DNA of 64,000 nucleotides from a virus (Duplodnaviria; Caudoviricetes): the IMG/VR virus record IMGVR_UViG_3300028048_000065, positions 85,499-149,498 of that record; one strand, written 5' to 3'. Below the pieces are notes generated by a model, which saw only the letters and a list, made by a program, of their open reading frames with translations, had not been told where the DNA came from and searched no databases. This document shows, in pieces, positions 38,141 through 48,921 of the stretch (its first letter is position 1; each line of letters opens with the position of its first letter). The translations under genes were made by a program, and so were the position numbers.

Positions 38141-38352
38141 TCCTCTCCTCCGCTATTTCTTTCTACAGCATCAGAAATCTTTTGTGTCTGAGTACCAAAA
38201 TAGAAAGCAACAATAGTGGTAAATATGGCGATAAACTGTTCACCAGAAATAATCTAAACAATCGCCAAATAACAAAAAACAATTGTAGTTAGAATTGTGA
38301 CAATGCTTTTTACAGAAAGCAAAGCCGCAACTCTTTTTCTCATATAATCCAT
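38137..38352 (-). CDS. Holin-like protein, 71 aa, TAG between the two TM helices
   Basis: MDYMRKRVAALLSVKSIVTILTTIVFCYLAIV-Q-IISGEQFIAIFTTIVAFYFGTQ; GTGA overlap with next gene; absent from track. Confidence 0.7.
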
Positions 38353-38370
38353 AAAATGAACTCCCTTTAT

Positions 38371-38712
38371 TCAGAGTGGCAATGTTTTATATTTCATTAC
38401 CCTGTTTCCATCTTTTTCAACAAAAACATTTTTTTCTTCATTAACCTAATTAATATAATCTATTAACTCCTATTCTGAGGCAAACCATTCTCCTCCGCTT
38501 CTCAAGCGTAACTTACCAAATCTCCTATGGAGTTTAGATTCATCTTCCATTGTTCCTTGAAAATATCCCAAACAAAATATTTTCTTTGCCGACCCTGTGG
38601 ATAATTGTTTAATGCGTTTTTCAACTGTTTTTGTTGTAAACCCGATTTTGATGTATTCTCCATCAGATAGAAAATACACCTTCCCTTTAACATTTTTCTG
38701 CAAAATAATCAA
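38371..38712 (-). CDS. GIY-YIG family (T5orf172/MUG113-like) protein
   Basis: VYF...IKIGFT...RIKQL...E..LH..F...GEWF; extends across TAGs to TGA 38371. Confidence 0.75.
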
Positions 38713-39212
38713 CCCTCGCTTTTCATTTTAGCCAAGCGAGTTTTGCATACTTGACAATATTTATTAATCCCAATATGATAATGAGGTTTTTCTCCGCCTT
38801 GAACAACATATCTTATCCAGTCAAAGATAATAATACCAAAAACAGATAAAATAAGCCAAATAGCAGAAAATTCTAAGCAAATCTACCCCATTAAATTAAA
38901 AGGGAGGTCACTATAGTCCCATATGCCAAGTTCAAGCCATACATTTAAAATTAATCCAGCTACAAATTCAGTAACAGTAATAACTAAAGTACAACAAATA
39001 GACTATAACCATATAGGCATTTCCCAAACTAACTCAGCACCACATCTCTCTAAAGGAATACAAAGAATCAAAGCAAGGACAAGCATCGTCCAGCTTATTC
39101 TTTCAGGATGATGAGTTAATGTTTTATACACAACTTCGCAAAAGAAATAAAATGTTCCACCCCAAGTCCAGAGCAAAAGGGATAGAACCCAATTACTCAA
39201 CTTGTTATTCAT
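38709..39212 (-). CDS. Multi-TM membrane protein (DUF1113-like), 167 aa with TAG=Gln
   Basis: WDYSDLPFNLMG-Q-ICL motif restored by TAG=Gln. Confidence 0.7.
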
Positions 39213-39214
39213 AA

Positions 39215-39937
39215 TTAAGCCTCAGTCCCCGTAGAATCAGTAGCGCTCTGCTTCTGAAGATTAGCAAGAATCTTCTGCATCTGAGCCTCAGCTTTGCCCA
39301 TCTCAGCATCATACGTTGCTTTCCAAGTTTCATTAAGCTCATCACCATAATGAATATTATTAACTTCCTCCTCAGTAGGAATTTCATTAATCATACCCTT
39401 AAGCATATTGTTGTAAGTCACTTGAGAAGTAATGAAAGCCTGAGCAGTAGTGTAAAGCTTAATAATATCAGCCTTTGGCATTTCAGAACACTGTTCGCCA
39501 TCGGCATGATAAGGATAACCATCAGCACCAAGAAGAATAGCATTAAACATATTACTAATATTAGCTTGGTCATTAGATGTTAAGCTGTAATGTTTCACAG
39601 CGCCACCAATCTCACAATCAACTCCCGCTTCAATAGTCTGATTGCAAGCCTTGCTCATTTCAGCAATCTTATTCTCACGAGCGGCAAGAACAGGGTCAGG
39701 AAGTGTTGCAACATAAGCGTCATAAGCCTCGTCGTTCCAAATGACGGAAGTAACAGTCTTAGTATCCTCATCAGCCTCATATTTTACAAAGCCCGCGACG
39801 CGCTTCCCTTGAGGATAGAAAACACCAAAATATTCATTTGGATAGAAATAATAACCAGTGGGGCAAGTCTGAGAATGCCACTCCTGAAGGGGGGGATAGC
39901 CACCACTACCGTTAGCAGTTGCAGAAATAATATACAT
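39215..39937 (-). CDS. Tail fibre-associated protein (DUF4376-like C-terminus)
   Basis: KIAEMSKACNQTIEAG...YSLTSNDQANI...YHADG pattern. Confidence 0.6.
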   Translation of the reverse strand: MYIISATANGSGGYPPLQEWHSQTCPTGYYFYPNEYFGVFYPQGKRVAGFVKYEADEDTKTVTSVIWNDEAYDAYVATLPDPVLAARENKIAEMSKACNQTIEAGVDCEIGGAVKHYSLTSNDQANISNMFNAILLGADGYPYHADGEQCSEMPKADIIKLYTTAQAFITSQVTYNNMLKGMINEIPTEEEVNNIHYGDELNETWKATYDAEMGKAEAQMQKILANLQKQSATDSTGTEA

Positions 39938-39995
39938 AATTATACTTATCTCCTTTTCATTTATTGAATAAATTTAAATCTTTACGCTAAACTCC

Positions 39996-40024
39996 TTGAA
40001 ATTTTGTAGAGTTTGCACTATAAT
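39996..40024 (+). promoter_or_regulatory. Sigma70-like promoter for the serine recombinase
   Basis: TTGAAA-17 nt-TATAAT. Confidence 0.6.
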
Positions 40025-40071
40025 AGTAGTTAGCAACCCAATTATTTTTTCTTTTGAAAGGACACTAACTT

Positions 40072-40782
40072 ATGAATTATGGTTACATCAGAGTTTCCAC
40101 CGACAAGCAGACTGTCGAAAATCAGCGTTTTGAAATTCTTCAATTCTGTCAACATGAAGGCATTAAAATTGACGGTTGGATTGAAGAAACCGTATCTGGT
40201 GGAAAAGCGCCTGACAAGCGCAAATTAGGATTACTCCTAAAAGAAGTCAAAGAAGGCGATTGGATTATCTGTTCCGAACTTAGTCGTCTTGGACGCAGTT
40301 TATTTATGATTATGAACATACTTTCTCTCTGCATGGAAAAAGGTGTTATAGTACGTTCAATTAAAGATAACTTCACTTTAGGAGACGATTTGCAATCCAA
40401 AGTCCTCGCTTTTGCTTTTGGTCTTTCCGCAGAAATTGAAAAATCTCTTATATCGGCCAGAACAAAAGCAGCTCTCGAAGAAAGAAAAGCTCAAGGGGTA
40501 GTCCTTGGAAGACCAAAAGGTAGTAAAAATAGTAACAACAAACTCATTCCGCACCAAGACGTTATCAAGACTCTTATTAAACAAGATAATACTTATGCTG
40601 AAGTAGCTCGTTTGTTTCATGTTAATCGCTCAACCATGAAAAGATTTTGTGACGAATATAACATTAAACGTCCCTTTAATCGCAACAAAAAATCAACGAA
40701 TTTTATCGTTGTCAACAAAGAACCCGTTTCTGACAACAATAATGAACAAACTGTTAATAATCTATTAACAATTAAAATTTAA
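40072..40782 (+). CDS. Serine recombinase (resolvase/invertase family)
   Basis: YGYIRVST, SRLGR, GRPKG and C-terminal HTH; the only convincing plus-strand gene. Confidence 0.9.
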   Translation: MNYGYIRVSTDKQTVENQRFEILQFCQHEGIKIDGWIEETVSGGKAPDKRKLGLLLKEVKEGDWIICSELSRLGRSLFMIMNILSLCMEKGVIVRSIKDNFTLGDDLQSKVLAFAFGLSAEIEKSLISARTKAALEERKAQGVVLGRPKGSKNSNNKLIPHQDVIKTLIKQDNTYAEVARLFHVNRSTMKRFCDEYNIKRPFNRNKKSTNFIVVNKEPVSDNNNEQTVNNLLTIKI

Positions 40783-40833
40783 GAACTTATAAAAACATAT
40801 TAATTTAATATGCTTTTATTAACCCTTAAACAG

Positions 40834-40862
40834 AGGGAGACTCAATTAAGAGTCTCCCTTTT
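40834..40862. terminator. Hairpin terminator between convergent units
   Basis: AGGGAGACTC-AATTAA-GAGTCTCCCT followed by T run. Confidence 0.65.
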
Positions 40863-41340
40863 ACTAATCTTTGGAACGCCTTAAATCAATTACTTGCTAA
40901 GAACAGCAAGAAAAGCATTAACATAAGACTGCATAAGAGCAACAAGCTCCTTGTTATTGGGGTCGCCAGCGTTAAGAGTCTGCTCACCAGTAACAATATT
41001 AACCTTAGCAACATTAATTGTTCCTTTTTCTGCAACAAAATTTCGCCCAAAAGAGCAACAAAAATCCACTTTTGTGCCAAACAAGTTGCAAAAAACATAC
41101 GATTTAGGGTGTTTTCAACCCAATAAAATATCCATTTTATTGATTTTTATTGAATTTATATACTATATAAGCACTATAAATCGCAAATTATTTCGTAGAA
41201 ACATTAAACCACACGGAGTTTGGCTTTAATTTTAAGACTCTTGCTTTGCTATTTCATATTAAAACTTCTAAATAAAAAATGGCTATTTTACTCTTACTAT
41301 ATTCAATACCCTTATCCCTTTATGCCAATCAGTTGAAGAA

Positions 41341-41775
41341 TTAGCCGATTATAAAATCGTAATCTTCTTGGGAAAATTTGTTTTTCTTTAGCAGGTCATT
41401 AAGTTGGTCTTTTCTAATATTACCAACTTTATAAAGTTCTTTAAAAGTCTCTTTCTTAAGAACTATACCATTCTCAATTAACTCATCCATCAAATTTTGA
41501 GATGCAATCATCGAACTAATTTTCTCGTCAGCCATGGTAAGTGAAATTATCGTTCCTTGCTCCATCAATTCACCCGCGCCATCGGTTTCAACAAGAATTA
41601 CCTCACCCCACGAACCATCCATCGCTTGCCCCTCTAAGCTATAAGGAGTGCTATTATACGCAATCCCCTCAGCCTCCTTTAGAACACAAGGAACAAAAAC
41701 ACCATCTTGCTTCTTAATATAAGTGGGAACATCAACTTTTCCAAGGAGCTCTTCCCGTTTGTAAATTCGATACAT
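41341..41775 (-). CDS. Hypothetical protein
   Basis: 144 aa, overlaps the upstream gene, has RBS. Confidence 0.65.
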   Translation of the reverse strand: MYRIYKREELLGKVDVPTYIKKQDGVFVPCVLKEAEGIAYNSTPYSLEGQAMDGSWGEVILVETDGAGELMEQGTIISLTMADEKISSMIASQNLMDELIENGIVLKKETFKELYKVGNIRKDQLNDLLKKNKFSQEDYDFIIG

Positions 41776-42223
41776 TTTTTCCTCCTTTCACTATTTGTAA
41801 AATAATTTTCAAATTGTTTATTGAAGTATTATAAAACTCATAGTTCCAAAGCCAAAAATCTGCATGGTCTTCTCTTTTGAAAGGAAGACAAAATTCGCTA
41901 CTCCAAACTCTATCCCAAGCTTCTAATCTCTTTTTAGATTCTGCTTCTGAACTATTTGGCTTATTTACTAAAATAGAAAAAATCTCATCTATGATTTTTC
42001 CTCTTTCCATACCCTTTCCATCATCGTTTGTAGTGAAATAATCTAAACTAACCTGCGAAGTTACAAATGCAAGGGGAATATCATTATAAAATAGAATATC
42101 TCCCTTACATGAAAGTATAGACCGAGCGGGTATGTTTACATTATCTCTGTTAAGAGATAAACCTCTATATCTCTTACGCGCGACAAAAGTTTTAAAATTA
42201 CTGTGATTATTCTGGGTAGACAT
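41732..42223 (-). CDS. DGR-associated hypothetical protein, paralog of the RT C-terminal domain
   Basis: Aligns by eye with the last ~150 aa of the RT. Confidence 0.75.
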   Translation of the reverse strand: MSTQNNHSNFKTFVARKRYRGLSLNRDNVNIPARSILSCKGDILFYNDIPLAFVTSQVSLDYFTTNDDGKGMERGKIIDEIFSILVNKPNSSEAESKKRLEAWDRVWSSEFCLPFKREDHADFWLWNYEFYNTSINNLKIILQIVKGGKNVSNLQTGRAPWKS

Positions 42224-43937
42224 ATTTTTTATTAACCTTCTTTAAAATTTTTCTTAATTCTTTTTCTGAAGCAAACCACAATGACCTTTTCCAAATCCAT
42301 TCCTTCTCATTCTTTGTGCTTAATCTGTAAGCCTTTGCCTCCTCGCAATTGTTTAGAGCCTTCCATTGTTTTAATCTCGCAGACATCTACTGTTCCACCG
42401 TATACTGAGTCTATTCTAAAATCTTACAGATTAAATTTCCTCTTCTTATTCCATGTCCATCATTATTGATACAATAATGGTTATAAAATGTTTCAGACCC
42501 TATTACACAAATAGCTTTATTCTTTCTAACAAGAAGTCCTTTTCTGCTTTTCAAGCGGGTGTTTCTGCTAATAATAACAGTATTACCAAACAGGTCTTTT
42601 CCGCTAAATGGTCTGTAACAAACATATTCTTCACCTATATCATGTCTATTCTCTTCCATAATTCTATCAATCTCTTTAAACAATTCTGGATTTTTCTTTT
42701 TCGCGTCATTATAATTATACATAAACACATCATCGTAATCGAAACCAAAATACTGTTTAAACATTTTCATTAGCTTTCCTTTTCGATAACTATCGTTCCA
42801 GTTATCATAATAAGAAAAAGAAGATTGCGCAAAGCCTCTTAAGCTTTCGTATGTTCTATTCCCAAGTTCTATCTCTCTTTTAAACATTCTTAATCTTCTT
42901 ACTGCGGCAGGATAAGACTTTTTACTTCCTTTCGTTAAAATCTTTCCGCTTTCTAATATCTTAAATTTAATTTTACAATATCTAAAACTTTTAGTAAAAG
43001 GTATATAAACCGTTTTCTTTAAATTTAAGTTCATTCCATATTCTGAGGCTTTGTCTTTTATCTCTTTAATAAGCTTTTTATAATCAGTGTTTGGAGGAAC
43101 GATTATCCTGTAGTCATCCATGTAATGTGCAGACATTTTAAGTTGCTTTTGGCATAGTAACCAAGTATCCAACAAGGATGGAAAATGTATCATTTCAGCC
43201 TAACTTGGTTCTAACCCTAAAGGCATCCCCTTATCATTCAAGTCAGTTTCATCTAAAACTCTTTCACCCTCGCGGTAAACATAATTACCATTTTTGTCCT
43301 TTAGATACATTTTACCTTCAAAATGTGGATACACATATGCTTCTAAAGCATCTTTAATATTTTCATCAAAGAAATATCTATTATGGTGTTCTTTAATTAC
43401 TTTCTTGTCAGCAGATGGGAAATACTATGAAAAATCTATCAAAATAATCCGACCTTCACGCCCGTATTTCTTATAATGCTCTACAAGGTCTTCTTTTAAA
43501 TTGCTTAAAGAAAAGTGAAATCCTTTTCCGTCAAGACTTGCTCCATTATCATATACCATATGCTTAGTGTATATTGGAAGCAATATTTCTTTTGTGATAA
43601 ATTTGTCTGATTGTCTATCTTGTACTCTTGGTGCAGAAATATATCTTTTCTTTCCTCTTTCTGTTAAATAGAACTTATCATATGGAAATCTAAGATGAAT
43701 ATTTTCTTCAAACTTTTTAATGTTCCTTGCGGTAGAAGAAAATAATGTACTTTTAAAAAGTTGCACACTTCTTTTCCAAGAAACACCAGTGATACACTTT
43801 AAACCATAATAAAACATCAAGGTAAAATCTTTTATCTTATCTTGTAAATTAAGCTATTCGTAATCAGACTTTCTTTTATCTAACCTTTTTTGCTTACGTC
43901 TTTGATAACGCTTTTCTTTACGTTCAGACGAATTCAA
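42207..43937 (-). CDS. DGR reverse transcriptase with C-terminal extension, 576 aa with TAG=Gln
   Basis: TTG start with AGGAG RBS; ERGKKRYI..P..QDR, IDFS, GMPLGLEPS-Q(TAG), HYMDD; ends TAA 42207. Confidence 0.92.
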
Positions 43938-44345
43938 ATTTCGCTCTCCTTTTACTTTTTTATTTTGTTTTTTGCTTATTAAGTTTACTAAAACAGTCAC
44001 CCACGACTACAACCCTAAAGCCCCAAGAACGAAAGAAAAATAAAACCCTTTTGACCGATGAGCAATCCACTGCTCAAAAAAATACTATTTTTTAATTCAT
44101 TCCATTGCACAAGGATAAATCGCTTAAGATTGATACCTGAAATTAAAGAGTGTGCGCCCTTTAACCAGACCAGAAGTGTCCGTATCTCTCTGTGATGACA
44201 TAATTTCGCTTCATAAAATCTATGAAGACGGGAAACATTTCTCCCTTCAATTGCGCTTTTATTCCCCTTAGAACAAGCGCATTAACCCCCTACTAATTCT
44301 AAATTAACTTTCGAGGGGTGGATTGCTCCTTAGTCTTGAAGTCCA

Positions 44346-44473
44346 CACCGCAAAACCAGTCGAGCTGTTCGCGTTGTTATTGTTCGCGTTGCCGTTGTTG
44401 TTCACATTACAGAAATTGTTGGTGTTCGTGTTGTTACATTACACGGAACGCTCCCACCAATTGTTCGCGGAAC
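44346..44473 (-). repeat. DGR template repeat (TR)
   Basis: 128-bp ungapped match to 45256-45383; all 22 mismatches are at TR adenines; AAC/AAT rich. Confidence 0.95.
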
Positions 44474-44510
44474 GGCGGACAGTAATAAACAGAAATGCAC
44501 CCAAGATAAA

Positions 44511-45098
44511 TTAGCCCAATGATGTATAACTATTGACAGAAACATCATAAACTAAGTTTTCTTTCATACCTAAAATTGTATATTGATTTTCTATAATTTT
44601 TCTAAGTAAAGGAGTATAACAAACACCATCTTCCACTTCATTGTATTCCTCTCCAACTTTTTTCTTTATAGCGATTCTAACCTATCTTAAAACGCCTTCA
44701 AGAAGTTTAATTTCCTTTGTCATCATATCACAAATTTTTAAAGCCTCTCCGCTTGAAGGGAGAGTTTTCTTAGCTCCTTCAAATCCGTTATTTGTAATGC
44801 TAATATCATACCCTATACTAAACCAGCTATCCATATTCTTAACTGCACCAATGGCATGATAAATCAACTGCTCTTTATAATATAATCCTTGCAAACTCGT
44901 ACTTGGGGTATAAATTGTATTTATTTCAGACACGGTGTTCATTAAAACATTTAAACTATCTTTTATGTTAGAAAACACAAATTTTTTAGTGTTTGCAGAA
45001 AATCGGTCATAAGACTGACCGACCGCTATTGTTAGATTATATGCAGTATTAATAAATTCTGCTGTACTAACTTTTCTATCTGAGGCGAGAACACTCAT
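44511..45098 (-). CDS. avd: DGR accessory variability determinant (Avd-like), 195 aa with TAG=Gln
   Basis: Helical protein between target and TR starting MSVLASDRKVS; continues past TAG 44682 to TAA 44511. Confidence 0.7.
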
Positions 45099-45169
45099 GC
45101 TTATTATAGTCTCCTTTACTTTTTCATTCTTTATCTTTATTAAGAATTCTTCAGTTTTATCTCAACCGT

Positions 45170-45235
45170 TACCACCGCTCGCTATACCGCCATTCGCTTG
45201 CGCATCACGGCGGCTCCGCTTCGCTACGCGGTTTT
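45170..45235 (-). other. GC-rich hairpins just downstream of VR (probable target-recognition element)
   Basis: CCGC..GCGG and CCGCCGT..ATGGCGG stems present after VR, not after TR. Confidence 0.6.
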
Positions 45236-45240
45236 TAGAG

Positions 45241-46263
45241 TCACACCCTGAAGGCCACCGCAAAACCAGTCGAGCTGCTCGCGACGCTACCGGCCGCGCT
45301 GCCGTTGTCGTACACAAGACAGAAACGGCCGGTGCTCGTGGTGTCACACCACACGGAACGCTCCCACCAATTGTTCGCGGAACTCTGGCTGGTGGACTGA
45401 TACTTTACTCGACTGTTGCCAAGTTTGTAATACTCAACCTGAACCTGATGGTTTTGTTCGTAAGAATTTGCATAAGTTCTTGCTCCAAAAATCTCAAACT
45501 CGGCAAGCAGATAAAATTTGTCTTGCGTTGTTGTTACATATGAAGCATTATTATTTTGACTTCCACCAGTATAGTTATGAGAATAAATTGTTGATGTTTT
45601 AACAACATTCTTCAACTCAGAGGGAATTGCGCTCTCAAATTGCGGAATTATATTTTTTCTCATGTGGCAATCACGCCACCCACCATCTGTGATACCTGAT
45701 GTATTCATTTGGAAATTGGAGAATAAGGCGATGTCTTTCTTTTCTGTTAGATTGTTTTTAAAGCTATGGAATAAAATACCGCTTCCCTCGACATCTGGGT
45801 TATGGCTAAAACTTGCGATAAATACACCATAAGAGTCGTTAAAGGCTGTATTTGTTATTGTGCCATTTATGGCGACCATCTTTATATCACCAAGAGACCA
45901 CATATTCTAAGCCACTCCTTTGAAAGAGACTTCAGAAATTTGACTCCATGTGCATTCGTCTAAAATTGATGAATAAGGAAATGCTACCACTTCATATAAT
46001 TTACTTTCCTTAATTTCTTTTGTAATAGTATTTATGTTTACCCCATCTGTCGCCGTTATGGTATATTCTCCATATCCCGCTCCATAAAAATCATGGGTTC
46101 CATCCGAAGAAAAGATATAGGATTGTCCCCGTCCATTAAGAGAACAAGTCACTGTGGTCCCCGCCAACGAGGTAACTCTAATTACAATTCCCTCTCCAGC
46201 AGGAATGAGCATATCATACCCCTCCGCTGTTTTTTCCATCATTTGTATTACTTTTGTTGCCAT
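45241..46263 (-). CDS. DGR target protein (DUF6273/C-type lectin-like C-terminus), 340 aa with TAG=Gln
   Basis: Two ORFs join at TAG 45907; WWERS...FCLV...GFAVAFRV C-terminus contains the VR. Confidence 0.85.
45256..45383 (-). repeat. DGR variable repeat (VR)
   Basis: Adenine-specific differences from TR at the 3' end of the target gene. Confidence 0.95.
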
Positions 46264-46476
46264 GATTATTTTGCTCCTTTATAAAATATTATTTTAAAAG
46301 GGATTTTAATTAAGATGGATTGGCAAACATCTTAACATGGCAATGAATATTTTTATAAAAATAAAATGCGAATTTTATTTAACAGTTTTAATACTGAAAA
46401 TAGAAAAAATGTATCAAAAATCCCCAACTTTTGCAACTTTTACGCTGCAAAAGTTAGGGATAAATTTATTTTATTT

Positions 46477-46749
46477 TCATTTTAACTTTTCGTCAGCAAG
46501 TCCTCCATCCCAAACAAGGTCAATCGCTTCATCAGCTATTCCCCCGTCAAGAATGTTTTCAATAGACCCACCACTTAAAGCTAATAAATAGGCTTGGTCA
46601 AATTCTTCTTTTGTTCCAGTATACCCAATGCTCTTAGCATATTCATAAGGGTCCATACCAGAGCCACTTCCACCCCCACGCTTTAACGCTGCCATTGAAT
46701 ATATTAAAGCTGGGTATGAAATATAATTACCGTGATAAGAAGCACTCAT
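46477..46749 (-). CDS. Small virion-associated protein
   Basis: YEYAKSIGYTGTKEEF motif and DGG repeats. Confidence 0.6.
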   Translation of the reverse strand: MSASYHGNYISYPALIYSMAALKRGGGSGSGMDPYEYAKSIGYTGTKEEFDQAYLLALSGGSIENILDGGIADEAIDLVWDGGLADEKLK

Positions 46750-46767
46750 TTAAAATACCTCCTATCA

Positions 46768-47058
46768 TTAACCAATTAATGTGCTTACTACACCGTCTTC
46801 GGGAGCACCATTATTAGTTAGTTTTATCGAATACATACCCGCTACCTCGTAAGTAGTAATTCCCGCTTCCGCTGTATCAGATACATCTAAATTTGCCTTT
46901 ACCCCAGAAAGTTGAACATATTGCTCTTCTTTCGTCATGCGTCCTTCTACCTTTACTGCTCCTGAAGGGAGAGAAATTTTCATCATTGCGACAGACCTTG
47001 AAACAAAAAATTCTCGCTCATTATTAGCGAACTTAACCTTAACTTGACTTATAACCAT
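46768..47058 (-). CDS. Hypothetical beta-rich protein
   Basis: 96-aa ORF with RBS. Confidence 0.6.
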   Translation of the reverse strand: MVISQVKVKFANNEREFFVSRSVAMMKISLPSGAVKVEGRMTKEEQYVQLSGVKANLDVSDTAEAGITTYEVAGMYSIKLTNNGAPEDGVVSTLIG

Positions 47059-47079
47059 ATGTCCTCTCCTTTCTTAATA

Positions 47080-47544
47080 TTATACAACTTTAAACCATAA
47101 GTCTCCAACTTTTTGCCCTGTTGGAGTGTTCGCTTGTACTGGAATGGAACTTCCACCAGCTTCAATTGTTACAGCACCAGTTTTTCCATTTACAGAAGTT
47201 ACAGGATACGGTGGAGGATTACTTGCGGAGTATTGCTTTACATTATCAACATTGCCTAATCCTACATCGCTTTTACTTGGAGTCCAAGTAGATGGGCGAG
47301 CACCAACGTCAGTAGCCGTTAACGTAACTGCCCCTGTCTTAGAATTAACAGACTTTACTGGATACGGTGGAGGATTAGATGATGAATATTGTTTTACATT
47401 ATCAACATTACCTAAACCAATATCAGCCGCACTTAAAGTTATCGCTGTACCTGTTTTATTGTTAACTGAATGCACAGCAGAGGGGTCATAAATATCATAA
47501 CTTTCTGTAACATTTGGCAACTTAATTCTCTTAATATACGCCAT
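47080..47544 (-). CDS. Fibre-like protein with internal repeats
   Basis: Two copies of GLGNVDNVKQYSxSNPPPYPVxSVNxKTGAV. Confidence 0.7.
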   Translation of the reverse strand: MAYIKRIKLPNVTESYDIYDPSAVHSVNNKTGTAITLSAADIGLGNVDNVKQYSSSNPPPYPVKSVNSKTGAVTLTATDVGARPSTWTPSKSDVGLGNVDNVKQYSASNPPPYPVTSVNGKTGAVTIEAGGSSIPVQANTPTGQKVGDLWFKVV

Positions 47545-47775
47545 TGTTGATTTTTACCTCCTTTACTTTCTTTATTCTTTACTTTTTACTTCTTACTTTT
47601 CCTTTTTGAATATACTTTCGCTATTCGCTATTACTTTCACTTTAAAAAAGTAAAAGTGATAAAAATTTTGTTTGTAAATTAAAAACCGAGAGAAATAAAA
47701 AATATTCCTCTCGGTGATTTGTATCAATCATTTGTAAACCCTCTCATCGTTTGCAAACAATTAATTTGAGAGTTA

Positions 47776-48921
47776 TTAATCGTTTGCTTTATTGTTTACA
47801 TCATCTTTAACAAATACAAAATAATAGCCGTGATATGGTTTACCGTTTTGGCAATGAGGCTTTAATCCTGTTACATTAATTTCTTCTCCCATTGTTTTCA
47901 TTAAACGAACCATGTCTCGATATGAGCTCGCTTCACCTTTTAATTGCCCATCTTTATTATAAACTCTAATTAACTACGGTTCAGAGTACACGCTCGCTTG
48001 ATAAGAACATAATCCAGCTTTTGAAGCTCTTTTCAAATATTTCCTTACTACCTAATGGTGAATTCCCAATTCTTTTGAAATTTGTTGCTAAGATAAACCC
48101 ATTTCGTATAATTCCACAACTTTTTTAACTAAACTTCCAGAAGATAGTTTCCCTATTTCTATCCACTACTCTTCTGTTATTTGAAACATCTGACCCAAAA
48201 TAGAATTATTTATATTGTTTTTAATATAATCGAAGTCACTTTTGTAACAATTTATATAAATAATATCTATTCCATGTTTTTTAGCTAACTATTTTTTCTC
48301 TTTGTCTACATTTTGAGTTTCTTCTTTAGAAGCCCAAGCATCTTTATAATGCTACCCACCTTGCATTTCTATTATATATTCTTTACCATTTTTTACAAAA
48401 TAACCATCATACTATCTATTGTTTGACCAATTAAAAGACTTTTCAAACTCAGAATTGTCTACTTTTGAAGATAAAACTTTAAGAAACGCTCTTAAAATTT
48501 TATTAGGATAACTTACCCCATCTCCACAAATCCTACAAGAAAAACCTCTAACAACTAAGTCATTTATTGTCATCATTTTTCTTTCTCCACAATCGGGACA
48601 AACTAAATTAACTTTTTGGTTAGAATGTAGAGCAAATTTATATGCATCGTTTTTGTCTTCAAAATGTTTAATTAAATCTGGTCGTAAATCTCCTAAAGTA
48701 TTAAAACCCTTTTTAATTATTTCTCCTCTGCAACAAAGACATCCTTTATATTTTCTATGAAAAATTGTTGCTGGTGAGACTTGATAAGTCTATTTACATT
48801 TATCGCAATATACAGTCATTAATTGTTTGTTATTAGTGTATTCTTTTAAAGTTAAATTCTTATCTATTTTGCTTAGTTTTTCTTTAGCTTCTAAGAAAAC
48901 TTCTACTTCTTTATCTGTCAT
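47776..48921 (-). CDS. Free-standing Zn-ribbon / Vsr-like endonuclease / HTH protein, 381 aa, 8 TAG codons
   Basis: Open from ATG 48921 to TAA 47776 with TAG=Gln; CxxC pairs and IIEMQGG-Q(TAG)-HY motif. Confidence 0.8.

Noticed and set aside
42207-43937. RT as group II intron or retron
   Set aside because: SQ motif, adenine-specific TR/VR pair and Avd-like gene identify a DGR.
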